From contig CACCYL010000002.1 in NCBI GenBank assembly GCA_902550225.1, positions 13,539 through 77,538 of the forward strand: a stretch of DNA of 64,000 nt, given 5' to 3'. Positions 22,401 to 31,414 of this stretch are shown here, one piece after another. This stretch comes from an uncultured Alphaproteobacteria bacterium. Lineage in GTDB: Bacteria > Pseudomonadota > Alphaproteobacteria > Methylaequorales > Methylaequoraceae. The position numbers and the translations under genes were made by a program. The notes beneath the pieces were generated by a model. The model was not told the DNA's origin, ran no database searches, and saw nothing but the letters and a program-made list of their open reading frames with translations. Every line of letters begins with the position of its first letter. Position 1 is the first letter of the stretch.

Positions 22401-22883
22401 CAAGATACTTTTTATTTTGGTGATATGACTGAAGGAAATGATACAATAACGGATTTCACAGTTGGAGCTAGTGGTGATGTATTAAAGTTTAACACTGCGT
22501 TTCAAACAAGTTCATATACAAGAGATGCATCGGTTGTCAATATGGTACAGCTTCACGGTACATCTTATAATATGGGATCCAATTCAAATGTTCTTCCAAC
22601 AATTTTTAATTTTACATCACAATTTTCATCAGCAAATACAACAGCAGGCGTTACAAATCAGCTTACAAGTTTCAAAGTTACAACGGATGGTTCAACTCCA
22701 ATTTCAACTGCAACTGATTTTATTATTGTAACAGGAGATACAAGTACTAATGGTCATGTCTATGGATGGTCAGACAGTGGAAATGGTGTTATTGATAATG
22801 GAGAACTTTTTGGTTTAGCAACCTTAACTGGTGTTGACAATGATAACATTGGGGCAACAAATTTCACTTTTGGTCCAATATAA
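19401..22883 (+). CDS. Putative T1SS cargo: BapA-prefix-like + FecR-like domain + Gly/Pro repeat region + RTX C-terminus
   Basis: No Sec signal; GDPVFQGD...TPVATIGIRGT FecR-like core; long acidic G/P repeats; 4 GGxGxD-type nonamers; lies between tolC and ABC/hlyD. Confidence 0.85.
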   Translation: MKGNSQQINFNDSGFLTKIYAGSTIDIEGLPSWLPKANFSKTQTDLLITSPAGDEILLVDFFTNFELPSLKTENGLLLKGTLIDTLSGSFTPGQYAQANNANALSIGEVSSVTGEAKATRLDGSTVNLATGDPVFQGDTVETTGAGAIGLVFLDKTTLSLSEGGKMVLDELVYDPATGTGSMAVDMVEGAFSFVSGEIAKTGPDAMKVSTPVATIGIRGTTVAGKAAVEGNENSFTLLQDADGGVGQISVSNAGGTQVLAQVGATTSITSFTAPPPPPIILSAAQIQANYGTALNVLPPTPVVAPTPQPPPPPQEQQQEQVQEEESQEEEEAVEEEAVEEELQEEGEGPPEGEEGEGPPEGEEGEGPPEGEGPPEGEEGPPIGPDGEPLAEEGPPEGDGPPIGPDGEPLAEGEGGPPIGPDGEPLPPGEGGPPIGPDGEPLADGPPIGPDGEPLPPGDFGPGGPPIGPDGEPLADGPPIGPDGEPLPPGDFGPGGPTPEQDAAAREAFETALAAGLSPEEAMAEAAAAAGIPPPPGGFGGDPLSATVGGDEFAGGPLGPGGPGDFGPGGPGDFGPGGPGDFGPGGPGDFGPGGPGDFGPGGPGDFGPGDPDDFGFGGPGDFGPGGPGDFGPGGPGGFGDPLSFLGPAPDNAATFAPLGGPMDPNDPFAAFGGNAFGDSPIGLPGGPGGPGGPGDFGPGGPGGPGDFGPGGPGGPGDFGPGGGPGNFDSGSGGDQGSFGTFLPPGSFQPPGTVQQPGAYIPAQVGFAPIAPVTTAPVIGSGFSANDGGGFHGGPGGPAGFDPGGGPGDFGPGGPGGPGDFGPGGPGDFGPGGPGGFSPAGFGADGFGPGGFGPAGFGPAGFGPGGFGPGGFGPTGFGPGGFGPGGFGPAGFGPAGFGPAGFDPYGPDPSGGVPAGDFYYEDASMYENTGEAEGSESGSGSGGGSSGTTFIGSNNVDNVDKSAESVAWRFEGYSGADIFKGGSGDDIFWGAIDGDTLTGNAGQDTFYFGDMTEGNDTITDFTVGASGDVLKFNTAFQTSSYTRDASVVNMVQLHGTSYNMGSNSNVLPTIFNFTSQFSSANTTAGVTNQLTSFKVTTDGSTPISTATDFIIVTGDTSTNGHVYGWSDSGNGVIDNGELFGLATLTGVDNDNIGATNFTFGPI
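20535..22105 (+). repeat. Intragenic GC-rich tandem repeats (GPPIGPDGEPL x7; PGDFGPGG 24-bp units; GFGPx 15-bp units x~14)
   Basis: Directly visible in DNA and protein; third codon positions vary between units. Confidence 0.95.
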
Positions 22884-22906
22884 AGCTCCTAATAAATAGA
22901 GCTTTT
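22882..22906 (+). terminator. Weak hairpin after the first FecR/RTX gene
   Basis: AAAGCTC...GAGCTTT followed by a short T run. Confidence 0.35.
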
Positions 22907-22924
22907 AACTAAATAAATTTCCTT

Positions 22925-22954
22925 TTAGGTCGTAAATATAGCATTAACAGTGGT
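22925..22954 (+). promoter_or_regulatory. Bipartite motif TTAGGTC-N14-AACAGTGGT (copy 2)
   Basis: Matches 19346-19375 in both half-sites and in the 14-nt spacer length. Confidence 0.5.
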
Positions 22955-22963
22955 TCGTGGAAT

Positions 22964-25618
22964 GTGTATAATGAAAATCAAATAAATGTCATTAAAATTG
23001 ACAAAGTAGACTCAATACGATCATCTATTGAAGGTCTAAAAGACAAGCTTTTTATCAATGATCTTAAAAAAGATCTTCAAGAATTCATAGATACAAATGT
23101 TGAATTAGATAAAAGCAATAATCATTTAAAAATCCCAACAATTAAAGAGGCTCCCTCTTGGTTTCCGAAAGCTAACTTATCAAAAACGCAAACGGATTTA
23201 ATAGCAACATCAGTTGATGGCGAAGAATTCATTTTTTTTGATTATTTTACAAATCATCGACTCCCATCTATCCAAACAGAAAATGGTTTAAATTTTCATG
23301 GAGGTTTAGTAGATAGGTTGGCTGGTTTATTTGCAAAAGGTCAGTATGTTCAGGCGTCTCTTGATGGTGAGTTATCGATCGGAGAAGTGTCGAGTTTAAC
23401 GGGTGTAGCCAAAGCAAAACGAGTTGATGGTAGCGAATTTAACTTATCAAATGGTGACCCTGTATTTCAAGGAGATACAATAACAGTTTCAAATTCTGGT
23501 GCGGTTGGTCTGACATTTTTGGATAAAACCACGTTATCTTTATCGGAAGGTGGAAAGATGCTTTTAGATGAGTTGGTTTATAATCCTGAAACTGGGGATG
23601 GGAATATGACTATCGACATGGTTGAGGGTGCATTCAGTTTTATAAGTGGAGAGATAGCAAAAACTGGAGAAGATGCCATGACCATAAAAACGCCTGTTGC
23701 AACCATCGGAATTAGAGGAACTACAGTTGCCGGTAAAGCTGCGGTGGAAGGAAACGAAAACTCATTTACTTTACTTCAGGATGCCGATGGAGGAGTAGGG
23801 CAAATATCTATCAGTAACGCTGGAGGCACACAAATACTAGAACAAGTTGGTGCAACCACAAGTGTAGTAAGTTTTAATGCCCCACCACCTCCACCAATTA
23901 TTTTAAGCGCTGCACAGATTCAAGCTAATTATGGAACAGCTTTAAACGTTTTGCCACCTACACCAACTGTAGCACCCACACCGCAAGAGGTTCCAGCACA
24001 ACAAGATCAACAGCAAGAAGAAGCTCAAGAAGAAGCTTCAGAAGAAGAATCTGATGAAGAAGCAGAAGAAACTTCGGAAGAAGTTATAGAAGAAGAAGGT
24101 TCTTTAGAAGGAGAAGAGGAATTAGCTGAAGAGGAGGAATCAATAGAGGAAGAAATAGCAAGAGTTGAAGAAGATTTATTCGAGGAGGGTGCTCCAGAGA
24201 ACCAAGCACTAGCAGAAGAAGAGGTCGTAGCGGAAGAAGAACTAGCTCTACCACCTGAAGAAGCTCAACCTGGAGGTGATGAACAAGCTGCTCGAGAAGC
24301 CTTTGATACTGCACTTTCAGCTGGAGCATCTCCTGAACAAGCAATGGCCGAAGCAGCCGCAGCCGCTGGTTTTGATGAATCTGTGGCTCGAGAATCAGCA
24401 CTAGATAGTGGCCCATTAGGAGACCCTACTTTTGCACAAACATTTGCTCCTGGAGTTGGGGGGACAATATTAGGTTTACCACTTGGACCTGAACCAATCA
24501 ACGCTAGTCAAGATTCTGTAATGATACCGGTTTTTGGAATGGGGCCAGCATTTGGATCTGCAACAATGGATGTATTTGGAGGTCAGTTAAGTGGGAGATT
24601 TGAAAACTCTCTTCAAGCTGCTTCTGGTTTTGGAGACGAAATATTTGGATTTTTGGATGAAAATCCTTATAGTTTTTCTGATACAGAGTCTTCTGAAAGT
24701 TATTTTTTTGACGATCCGTCACTTTATGATGATTACAGGAAACAAGATTTTGATCAATCAACAGAAATCTCAAGTTCACAAACAACAAATACTTTTGATG
24801 GTACAAATTTAAACGACACCATTGATAAATCTTCTGAAACCGCAAGTGTCATCATAAATGGATTAGATGGAGCCGATACACTTGAAGGAGGAATAAATAA
24901 TGACACAATTAATGGAGGTGATGGGATTGACAAACTAGTTGGTAATCAAGGTGATGATATTTTAAGAGGTGATGATGGTAATGATTTTATTTTTGGAGGT
25001 GATGGTAAGGACAAATTGATTGGAGGTTTGGGCGATGATGAACTTAACGGTGGTGACCAAGATGATGTAATTGTTGGAGGTCTAGGTAGCGATACTCTTT
25101 ATGGAAATGATGGTGACGACAAATTTTATTTTGAACCAGGTCACATAGATGGAACTTCAAAAGATGAAATAATTGATTTTAGAGTGAGTGGTAATGATTT
25201 GATTGTCGGTTCTCAAGCTCCTTCGTCAGCTTATAATCGAAGTTCAATACATACAGATTCGTCTCAGTTTGGTAGTAACTATGATATTACCAGTAACTCC
25301 AATGAGTTACCCTACTTATTCAATTTTACCAATGATGTAACAACAGCCATTGCTGAGAGTTCTTCTGCTCTTGCTAATCACTTCACTGGTTTTTCAATAA
25401 GTGTAAGTGGAAGTGGAACTAATGATTTTGAAAATGAATCAATGTACATAAGCGTAGGTGACGGAACAGATACATATATTTGGTTTTGGACAGACACCAA
25501 TAATCATCATGGGATGATAGCTGATAGCGAACTTGAACCATTTGCTAAACTAAGTAATTATGATAATGATAATTTAACTGGTAACGAATTTTTATTTCAA
25601 ACAATTTCTGGAGTTTAA
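22964..25618 (+). CDS. Paralogous T1SS cargo: FecR-like domain + Glu-rich linker + RTX Ca-binding repeats
   Basis: FecR-like block nearly identical in protein to that of 19401; 10 tandem GGxGxDxLx-type nonamers (~24860-25130); GTG start uncertain. Confidence 0.85.
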   Translation: MYNENQINVIKIDKVDSIRSSIEGLKDKLFINDLKKDLQEFIDTNVELDKSNNHLKIPTIKEAPSWFPKANLSKTQTDLIATSVDGEEFIFFDYFTNHRLPSIQTENGLNFHGGLVDRLAGLFAKGQYVQASLDGELSIGEVSSLTGVAKAKRVDGSEFNLSNGDPVFQGDTITVSNSGAVGLTFLDKTTLSLSEGGKMLLDELVYNPETGDGNMTIDMVEGAFSFISGEIAKTGEDAMTIKTPVATIGIRGTTVAGKAAVEGNENSFTLLQDADGGVGQISISNAGGTQILEQVGATTSVVSFNAPPPPPIILSAAQIQANYGTALNVLPPTPTVAPTPQEVPAQQDQQQEEAQEEASEEESDEEAEETSEEVIEEEGSLEGEEELAEEEESIEEEIARVEEDLFEEGAPENQALAEEEVVAEEELALPPEEAQPGGDEQAAREAFDTALSAGASPEQAMAEAAAAAGFDESVARESALDSGPLGDPTFAQTFAPGVGGTILGLPLGPEPINASQDSVMIPVFGMGPAFGSATMDVFGGQLSGRFENSLQAASGFGDEIFGFLDENPYSFSDTESSESYFFDDPSLYDDYRKQDFDQSTEISSSQTTNTFDGTNLNDTIDKSSETASVIINGLDGADTLEGGINNDTINGGDGIDKLVGNQGDDILRGDDGNDFIFGGDGKDKLIGGLGDDELNGGDQDDVIVGGLGSDTLYGNDGDDKFYFEPGHIDGTSKDEIIDFRVSGNDLIVGSQAPSSAYNRSSIHTDSSQFGSNYDITSNSNELPYLFNFTNDVTTAIAESSSALANHFTGFSISVSGSGTNDFENESMYISVGDGTDTYIWFWTDTNNHHGMIADSELEPFAKLSNYDNDNLTGNEFLFQTISGV

Positions 25619-25670
25619 GATGTTATATGTTTATTTTGAGGGTAAGAGAGTGATATTATAAAATAATATT

Positions 25671-27260
25671 ATGAAGTTTTGGTTTCACATATTAAAAGAA
25701 AGTAACTCTCTAAATACTATTCTTTTATTGACTTTTTTTATTACTATAATGGGTTTATTAAGCCCAATTTTTATTATTCACATTTTTAATAGATATATCG
25801 CATTTGGCCTTCAGGGTACTTTGTTTTTTTTATTATCAGGTGCTCTTTTAGTTGCAGTATTCGAGTATATATTTAGGAATATAAGGAGTAAAATTTTATG
25901 TGAAATTCTCATAAATCCAATAAAATTTTTTAAATTAGACCTAATCAAAACATTTTTTGAGAGAGAAAATAAAACATCAAAAAGAAATTTTGTTGAAATA
26001 ATTGATTTCAACAATAATTTTTTTCAATTCATATCACCTAAAGTTCAGTCAAATCTTCTCGACTCAATTTTTGCAATTTTAATTATTATTATTCTTTTTT
26101 TTCTAGACCTTTTATTAGCAACAATTTTTTTAATTCTTGTTATTATTTTCCTGTTATTGCAACAAAGATTAATAAAAAATAAAAATCTAAACTTGGAAAG
26201 ATTAAATTTATCTAAGAATGATAAATTAATAATTAAAGAGATTGGAACTAATCAAGAGCTTTTAAAATCTACTCTAGCATTTAAATATTCTGGATATTAT
26301 CTAGAAAATTACTTAAATAAAAAATTAAAAATCGACTCTTCAACTGCAAATTTTGATGCTCAACAAATTTCCACCACGAGTTTTTTTGTTTTGTTATCAT
26401 CAATCATTACTATTGGATTTGGGAGTATCTTTGTGGTGAATGGAAATCTCTCTATTGGTAGCCTGATAGGATTTAATATATTTGCTACTCGAGCGTTGGG
26501 TACAATTTCATCAGTTCAAAATTCATATTCCATTATTGAGAGAACAAATATGTATCTTAGTGATTGCCAAGATTTTTTTAAAAATTCTAAAAATCGAGTT
26601 GAGGGTATGCAACTTAGTAAAATTATTGGGAATTACAAACTTAAAAATGTAAACTATTCTTTTGATAATGATAATAAGTATATAATTAAAAATTTCTCTG
26701 CTAATTTTAATTCTTCAGAAATTTCAGTTATTAGCGGAGCGAATGGCTCCGGAAAGACCACAATTGCAAAATTGCTCATGGGACTAATTAATCCAGAATC
26801 TGGAGATATTTTATTAGATGAAACTAATTTGGAGAAACTATCATTGCAATGGTATAAGAATCAAGTAGCTTATATACCTGAAGATGTTGAAGTGTTAAAT
26901 TCATCAATTTTAAATAATATTTTAATATCCAACCCTGATCTGAATGAACAAGAGGTAAGTAGACTGCTTCAAAATGTTGGATTAGATAAAGAGTTAAAAA
27001 AATCAGATTTAACAATAACTGATTCTATAAATAAAAATTATTCAAAAGGGATTTTAAAAAAAATACATATTGCACGGTCGATTTCAAAAATCTATCAAAT
27101 TTATATTTTTGATGATCCGTTATTATATCTAGATAAATTAGGTAAAAATATGGTACTTAAATTGATAGCCTCATTAAAAAGAGCTGGAAAAACTGTAATT
27201 TGTTTTTCAGAAGATACTGAAATTATTAAATTAAGTGATAAACAAACTAATTTAGGGTGA
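25671..27260 (+). CDS. T1SS ABC transporter (TMD+NBD) with degenerate ATPase motifs
   Basis: Walker A GANGSGKT; signature YSKGI, Walker B IYIFDD, no switch His (CFSED). Confidence 0.85.
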   Translation: MKFWFHILKESNSLNTILLLTFFITIMGLLSPIFIIHIFNRYIAFGLQGTLFFLLSGALLVAVFEYIFRNIRSKILCEILINPIKFFKLDLIKTFFERENKTSKRNFVEIIDFNNNFFQFISPKVQSNLLDSIFAILIIIILFFLDLLLATIFLILVIIFLLLQQRLIKNKNLNLERLNLSKNDKLIIKEIGTNQELLKSTLAFKYSGYYLENYLNKKLKIDSSTANFDAQQISTTSFFVLLSSIITIGFGSIFVVNGNLSIGSLIGFNIFATRALGTISSVQNSYSIIERTNMYLSDCQDFFKNSKNRVEGMQLSKIIGNYKLKNVNYSFDNDNKYIIKNFSANFNSSEISVISGANGSGKTTIAKLLMGLINPESGDILLDETNLEKLSLQWYKNQVAYIPEDVEVLNSSILNNILISNPDLNEQEVSRLLQNVGLDKELKKSDLTITDSINKNYSKGILKKIHIARSISKIYQIYIFDDPLLYLDKLGKNMVLKLIASLKRAGKTVICFSEDTEIIKLSDKQTNLG

Positions 27261-27264
27261 AAAG

Positions 27265-28536
27265 ATGACAGAGAAATGGGTAAAATGGAATTTATTAAAA
27301 AACGATGAAAAACCAAAAAACGTTATTAGTAAAAGACTTAAAGTATCATTAATTCTTTTCTCACTTATTTTTTTGTTGCTAGTGAATTTAAAAATTATAG
27401 AGGTATTAAGCCTAGCTGACGGAAAAATAATTCCCCAAGGAAGAATAAAGTATGTGCAACATTTGGAGGGAGGAATAGTTGAAGAAATACTGATTAGTGA
27501 AGGTGAAAAAGTTGAAATAAATCAACCTTTAGTTGTTTTATCGAAAGAAAAAGCAAGCTCTGAATTTGAGGAGATTAACTCAAGACTTAAATCAATTGAT
27601 TTGTCGATACTAAGAGTTAATTCTGAAATAAATTCTAATAATTCAATAGAAATTCCTGAAAATAAAAATAATTTATTTGATGAGGAATTAGTAAAATCTG
27701 AAAATGAACTTTTTCAAAGTAGAAGAAAAGCAATCAATTCTGAAATAAAGTCTAAGAAAGCAAGTATTGATAAAGCTAACAAAAATCTCAAAAATTTAAA
27801 AAAAAGATTAAAAATCGTTAAAGAACAAGAAGATATTAGTCAAAAATTGTTAGAAGTTGAAGCAACAAATAGATTAAAGCATTTAGAAATTTTAAGAGAA
27901 AGGCAGGAGGTTGAAGGGAGTATCGACGAACAACAATCTATTATTGATTTGAGCAAGAATGACTTAGAAAAGGTGCAAAACAATTACATAGAAGATTTAA
28001 ATATCGAGTTGTCAAAGTACCGAAAAGAAAAAGAAGAACTTAATAAAAGAATTCAGAAATATTCAGATAACTTAAATAGAACTATTTTAAAAAGCCCTGT
28101 ATCTGGAACAGTAAAACTTGTATCGGTAAATTCTAAAGGTGCTATTGTTGCTCCTGGTGTGACTGTAGTTGAAATTGTACCTGAAAATGAAAAACTAATT
28201 ATTGAGGCAAAATTACCTTTATCAGAAATTGGCTATGTAAAAAAGAACCTTGAAGCAAAAATTAGATTAAATACACCTGAAGGCTCTAGGTTTAGATCAA
28301 TAAAAGGGAATGTTGTTTTTGTAGGGGCTGATAGAATTTCTAGTAAAGACGAAGAGGGTTTTTATTTAGTCAAGGTGGAAACCTCTGAAAACTCTTTTGC
28401 ACGAAAAAACGAGGAATATAAACTTTTGTCTGGTGTTCCAGTTATGGTTGGTATTATAACTGGTAAAAGAAGTTTTATGGATTATTTCTTAACGCCTTTT
28501 ATAACAGGTGCAAGCTTTGCATTATCTGAAAGGTAA
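27265..28536 (+). CDS. HlyD family T1SS membrane fusion protein
   Basis: VQHLEGGIV, coiled coil, KSPVSGTV, GKRSFMDYFLTP. Confidence 0.93.
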   Translation: MTEKWVKWNLLKNDEKPKNVISKRLKVSLILFSLIFLLLVNLKIIEVLSLADGKIIPQGRIKYVQHLEGGIVEEILISEGEKVEINQPLVVLSKEKASSEFEEINSRLKSIDLSILRVNSEINSNNSIEIPENKNNLFDEELVKSENELFQSRRKAINSEIKSKKASIDKANKNLKNLKKRLKIVKEQEDISQKLLEVEATNRLKHLEILRERQEVEGSIDEQQSIIDLSKNDLEKVQNNYIEDLNIELSKYRKEKEELNKRIQKYSDNLNRTILKSPVSGTVKLVSVNSKGAIVAPGVTVVEIVPENEKLIIEAKLPLSEIGYVKKNLEAKIRLNTPEGSRFRSIKGNVVFVGADRISSKDEEGFYLVKVETSENSFARKNEEYKLLSGVPVMVGIITGKRSFMDYFLTPFITGASFALSER

Positions 28537-28537
28537 A

Positions 28538-28837
28538 TTATTTTACAGATGATTTGGAAATTGTTTCAGATTTGAATATTACGCCGTTTTTTTGAGAATT
28601 GAGTTTTAAATGTTTGTAAAGCTCATCAAAAATAACATTTCCTTTTCTTTCTTTGACAATGAGAGTAAGAATATCTGCTTCACTAGCATCACCAAATTGC
28701 TGTATGTCAAAAATATCTGTGGCTCTACCATTAGCATAACCCACTGAAATAACGTCTGAATTTTCAGAAAACTTTTTAACAACTTTTTGTCCTAAACCTT
28801 TTTTTATTAAGCCACCAATTTCAATAAACTTTGACAT
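28538..28837 (-). CDS. Divergent PII-like protein
   Basis: Paralog-like to 28840 (YANGRAT vs YARGTG; KNGVIF vs GKGIM). Confidence 0.6.
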   Translation of the reverse strand: MSKFIEIGGLIKKGLGQKVVKKFSENSDVISVGYANGRATDIFDIQQFGDASEADILTLIVKERKGNVIFDELYKHLKLNSQKNGVIFKSETISKSSVK

Positions 28838-28839
28838 AT

Positions 28840-29196
28840 TTATCCTCCAGCTCGTTTGATGACATCTTTAGGTATATAAGTCGCAACTCTGTCAAGTTTA
28901 ACCATCCACATTATACCTTTTCCAGGTGTATCAAGATTTCCTGCTAAAAACATTGATTCAAAGACTCTGTTCGATTGTTCTTTAGAAACTATAATTCTTA
29001 TTATTTCTTTTTGTTCATCTATAGTTACTCCAAGAAGTCCCATTCTATCTCTAATGCCTGTACCCCTGGCATAATTAATTGTTGCACCTTGCGCTCCAAC
29101 ACTGGTGGCAGCATCTATGATTTTATCGGCTAGACCACTTTCAACAACACAAGTGATTAAAAAAACGTCTGTTAAATAAGTGATATCTCTGGCCAT
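28840..29196 (-). CDS. PII-family regulator
   Basis: GAQGATINYARGTG, KEIIRIIV, LDTPGKGI. Confidence 0.88.
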   Translation of the reverse strand: MARDITYLTDVFLITCVVESGLADKIIDAATSVGAQGATINYARGTGIRDRMGLLGVTIDEQKEIIRIIVSKEQSNRVFESMFLAGNLDTPGKGIMWMVKLDRVATYIPKDVIKRAGG

Positions 29197-29208
29197 AATT
29201 TTTTCCTT

Positions 29209-30909
29209 TTAGTTATTTTTTTGTTTAAATTGTATATATAGTCCCATTAGGAGTACAGCAAGAATTGGACAAATACTTGCCATAGATAGAATACCAAAAC
29301 CTTCAGTGGCGGATACAGCATTTCCTAGACCCAGACCCATAGCCAGAACAAGTGGTACTGTTACCGGGCCGGTTGTGACTCCAGCACTGTCCCAGGCGAC
29401 ATTAACAAATTCTTCAGTTGAAAAGTAAGTTAAAACAATTGCAAGAAGATAAAGTGGTATTAAAACGGTTGCTAAGTCAAAAGCAAATACAATTTTTCCA
29501 ACACCTAAGGCTATACCAAATGCAACACCCCCAGCAACACTATACATTAACATTGACTTTTTGAAAGCACCATTGGTAAGCTCTTGAACTGTCAAACCAA
29601 GGGCATTAAGTGCGGGCTCAGCAAGCGTTGCTCCAAATCCTAAGAGCCAAGCGAAAAGAATTACTATAGTTAAACCCAATAATTCGTTGTAAATTGGTGA
29701 TACTTCACTTATTGGGACTTCCATAAAGGCGGCAGGAAGATTGGTTCCAGCTTGTCCACCTATAGCTCCTAAACCATATGTGAGTCCTATATTGAAGACA
29801 CACATCCCAACAATGGACAAAGTTAACCCATAAGTTGTTATCATATTATTAGGAAGTTTAGATCTAAGGATTACAAAAAGCACAATCATTAAAAATATCA
29901 CAAGTGGGAGTATTGCACGAACTCCTCCAATAATTTCAACATACGGGGTTTGTGACCACTTAGAAACCTCTCCTATGGTCATATCTGAAGCCATACTAGT
30001 CGAAGCAATTATTTCCTCAACTGAGATTGTCTGAGAAACATGTATAGCAAGAATCAGAACAGCGATAATTGGAAATAATGAAGCCATTGTAACGACGCCG
30101 AAACCAGAAAGAGATGAATCTCCTTTACCAGCTGATGCTGCAATTCCAATACCTAGTGATAGCACAAGAGGTACAGTAACTGGTCCAGTTGTAACAGCAC
30201 CACAATCCCAAGCTAATCCGAGAATAGTTCTTAAATCAGGATTACTCCATACATATGCAGTAAGAATTATTGTTGGTGCAAGAGCTGCATAAATCATAGG
30301 TTTTAGAGACCAACCTTTGACAAACCTTATTGTTCCAATGATGGCTGCTAATCCAACACCAGCACCGACCATTACAACTAAGGTTTCACTTCTATTGTTT
30401 AGTATCTCATACAGATACGGTGCGTCCTGAGGATTTATTGACGAACCAAATGCTTTGAGTGCTCCAATAGCTGGTTCCGCATAAGTTACTCCCACCCCAA
30501 GTATTCCAATAATAATTAAAACAAGAACCATTGGTGCTTTTTTTGGTAATGTGTCACCAATTACATTGCCAAATGGCATTAAACCGGTTTTAAGACCTTC
30601 CATAAAAATTGCTAGGCCTATTATTACTGCAATTAATCCTAGACAAATTGTTGTCGCTGAAGAGATCGGTTGTCTTAAAATTAAAAGCTGAAACAGAAAT
30701 AAATATGCTGCAAGTGGAACAACAGCTTTAATTTGTTCCATAACTCTAGAAATCGTGTAAGGTGCTAACAGAGTAAGTGCCTTGGCAGGAGATACTTTAA
30801 TTTTCTGAGGCTTTAGTGATTTTCCTTTAGCTGCCTTCGGCGTAAGAAGATTATAACTTAAAGATTTATGATTTATCTCTGATTCGTGAATGTAATCGGA
30901 ATATTTCAT
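29209..30909 (-). CDS. DUF1538 family membrane protein (two fused domains)
   Basis: AEPA and AWD(C/S)xxVTTGPVTVP and GFG motifs each occur twice; adjacent to PII-like genes. Confidence 0.9.
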   Translation of the reverse strand: MKYSDYIHESEINHKSLSYNLLTPKAAKGKSLKPQKIKVSPAKALTLLAPYTISRVMEQIKAVVPLAAYLFLFQLLILRQPISSATTICLGLIAVIIGLAIFMEGLKTGLMPFGNVIGDTLPKKAPMVLVLIIIGILGVGVTYAEPAIGALKAFGSSINPQDAPYLYEILNNRSETLVVMVGAGVGLAAIIGTIRFVKGWSLKPMIYAALAPTIILTAYVWSNPDLRTILGLAWDCGAVTTGPVTVPLVLSLGIGIAASAGKGDSSLSGFGVVTMASLFPIIAVLILAIHVSQTISVEEIIASTSMASDMTIGEVSKWSQTPYVEIIGGVRAILPLVIFLMIVLFVILRSKLPNNMITTYGLTLSIVGMCVFNIGLTYGLGAIGGQAGTNLPAAFMEVPISEVSPIYNELLGLTIVILFAWLLGFGATLAEPALNALGLTVQELTNGAFKKSMLMYSVAGGVAFGIALGVGKIVFAFDLATVLIPLYLLAIVLTYFSTEEFVNVAWDSAGVTTGPVTVPLVLAMGLGLGNAVSATEGFGILSMASICPILAVLLMGLYIQFKQKNN

Positions 30910-30946
30910 AATCTATCATAACATATTGTAGAAATTAATAAAATCT

Positions 30947-31414
30947 TTATTCAACATGACTTGTTGACTTCTCTAATCTGTAAAGAATTTGCTTTGTTAT
31001 TTTTTTAATTATTTGATTCTCAGACTCTATAATCTCATCTATTTCATCATGAGAATAATGTACATTTTGATACTCATTTCTTTTAGCAAGTTCTTTACAT
31101 AAATTTAAAATTACTTTTTGTGCGGCCTTTGATCCAGAATTAATTAGTTCATCAAGATTTTCTTTACTTATAGATATCAACTCTGTGGATTGACTTGAGG
31201 TAATGGTTGCGCTTCTGTTTTGTTGTAAAATTAAAGCCATTTCACCAAAAACCTCTCCATCTCTCATAGACCCAACTTTTTTTCCATCAACTAATACGTC
31301 CAGCGATCCAGAAACTATCATGTAAGCTTTATCGCCTTTGTCGCCTTGATTAAAGAGCGTCTCGCCCTCTAACATCAAAACTTTTGTTGTTTTTCCGTGA
31401 CTTATCTCTTTCAA
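30947..31414 (-). CDS. Stand-alone cyclic-nucleotide-binding protein
   Basis: LFNQGDKG, FGEMALILQQNRSAT phosphate-binding cassette; no HTH evident. Confidence 0.9.
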   Translation of the reverse strand: MKEISHGKTTKVLMLEGETLFNQGDKGDKAYMIVSGSLDVLVDGKKVGSMRDGEVFGEMALILQQNRSATITSSQSTELISISKENLDELINSGSKAAQKVILNLCKELAKRNEYQNVHYSHDEIDEIIESENQIIKKITKQILYRLEKSTSHVE

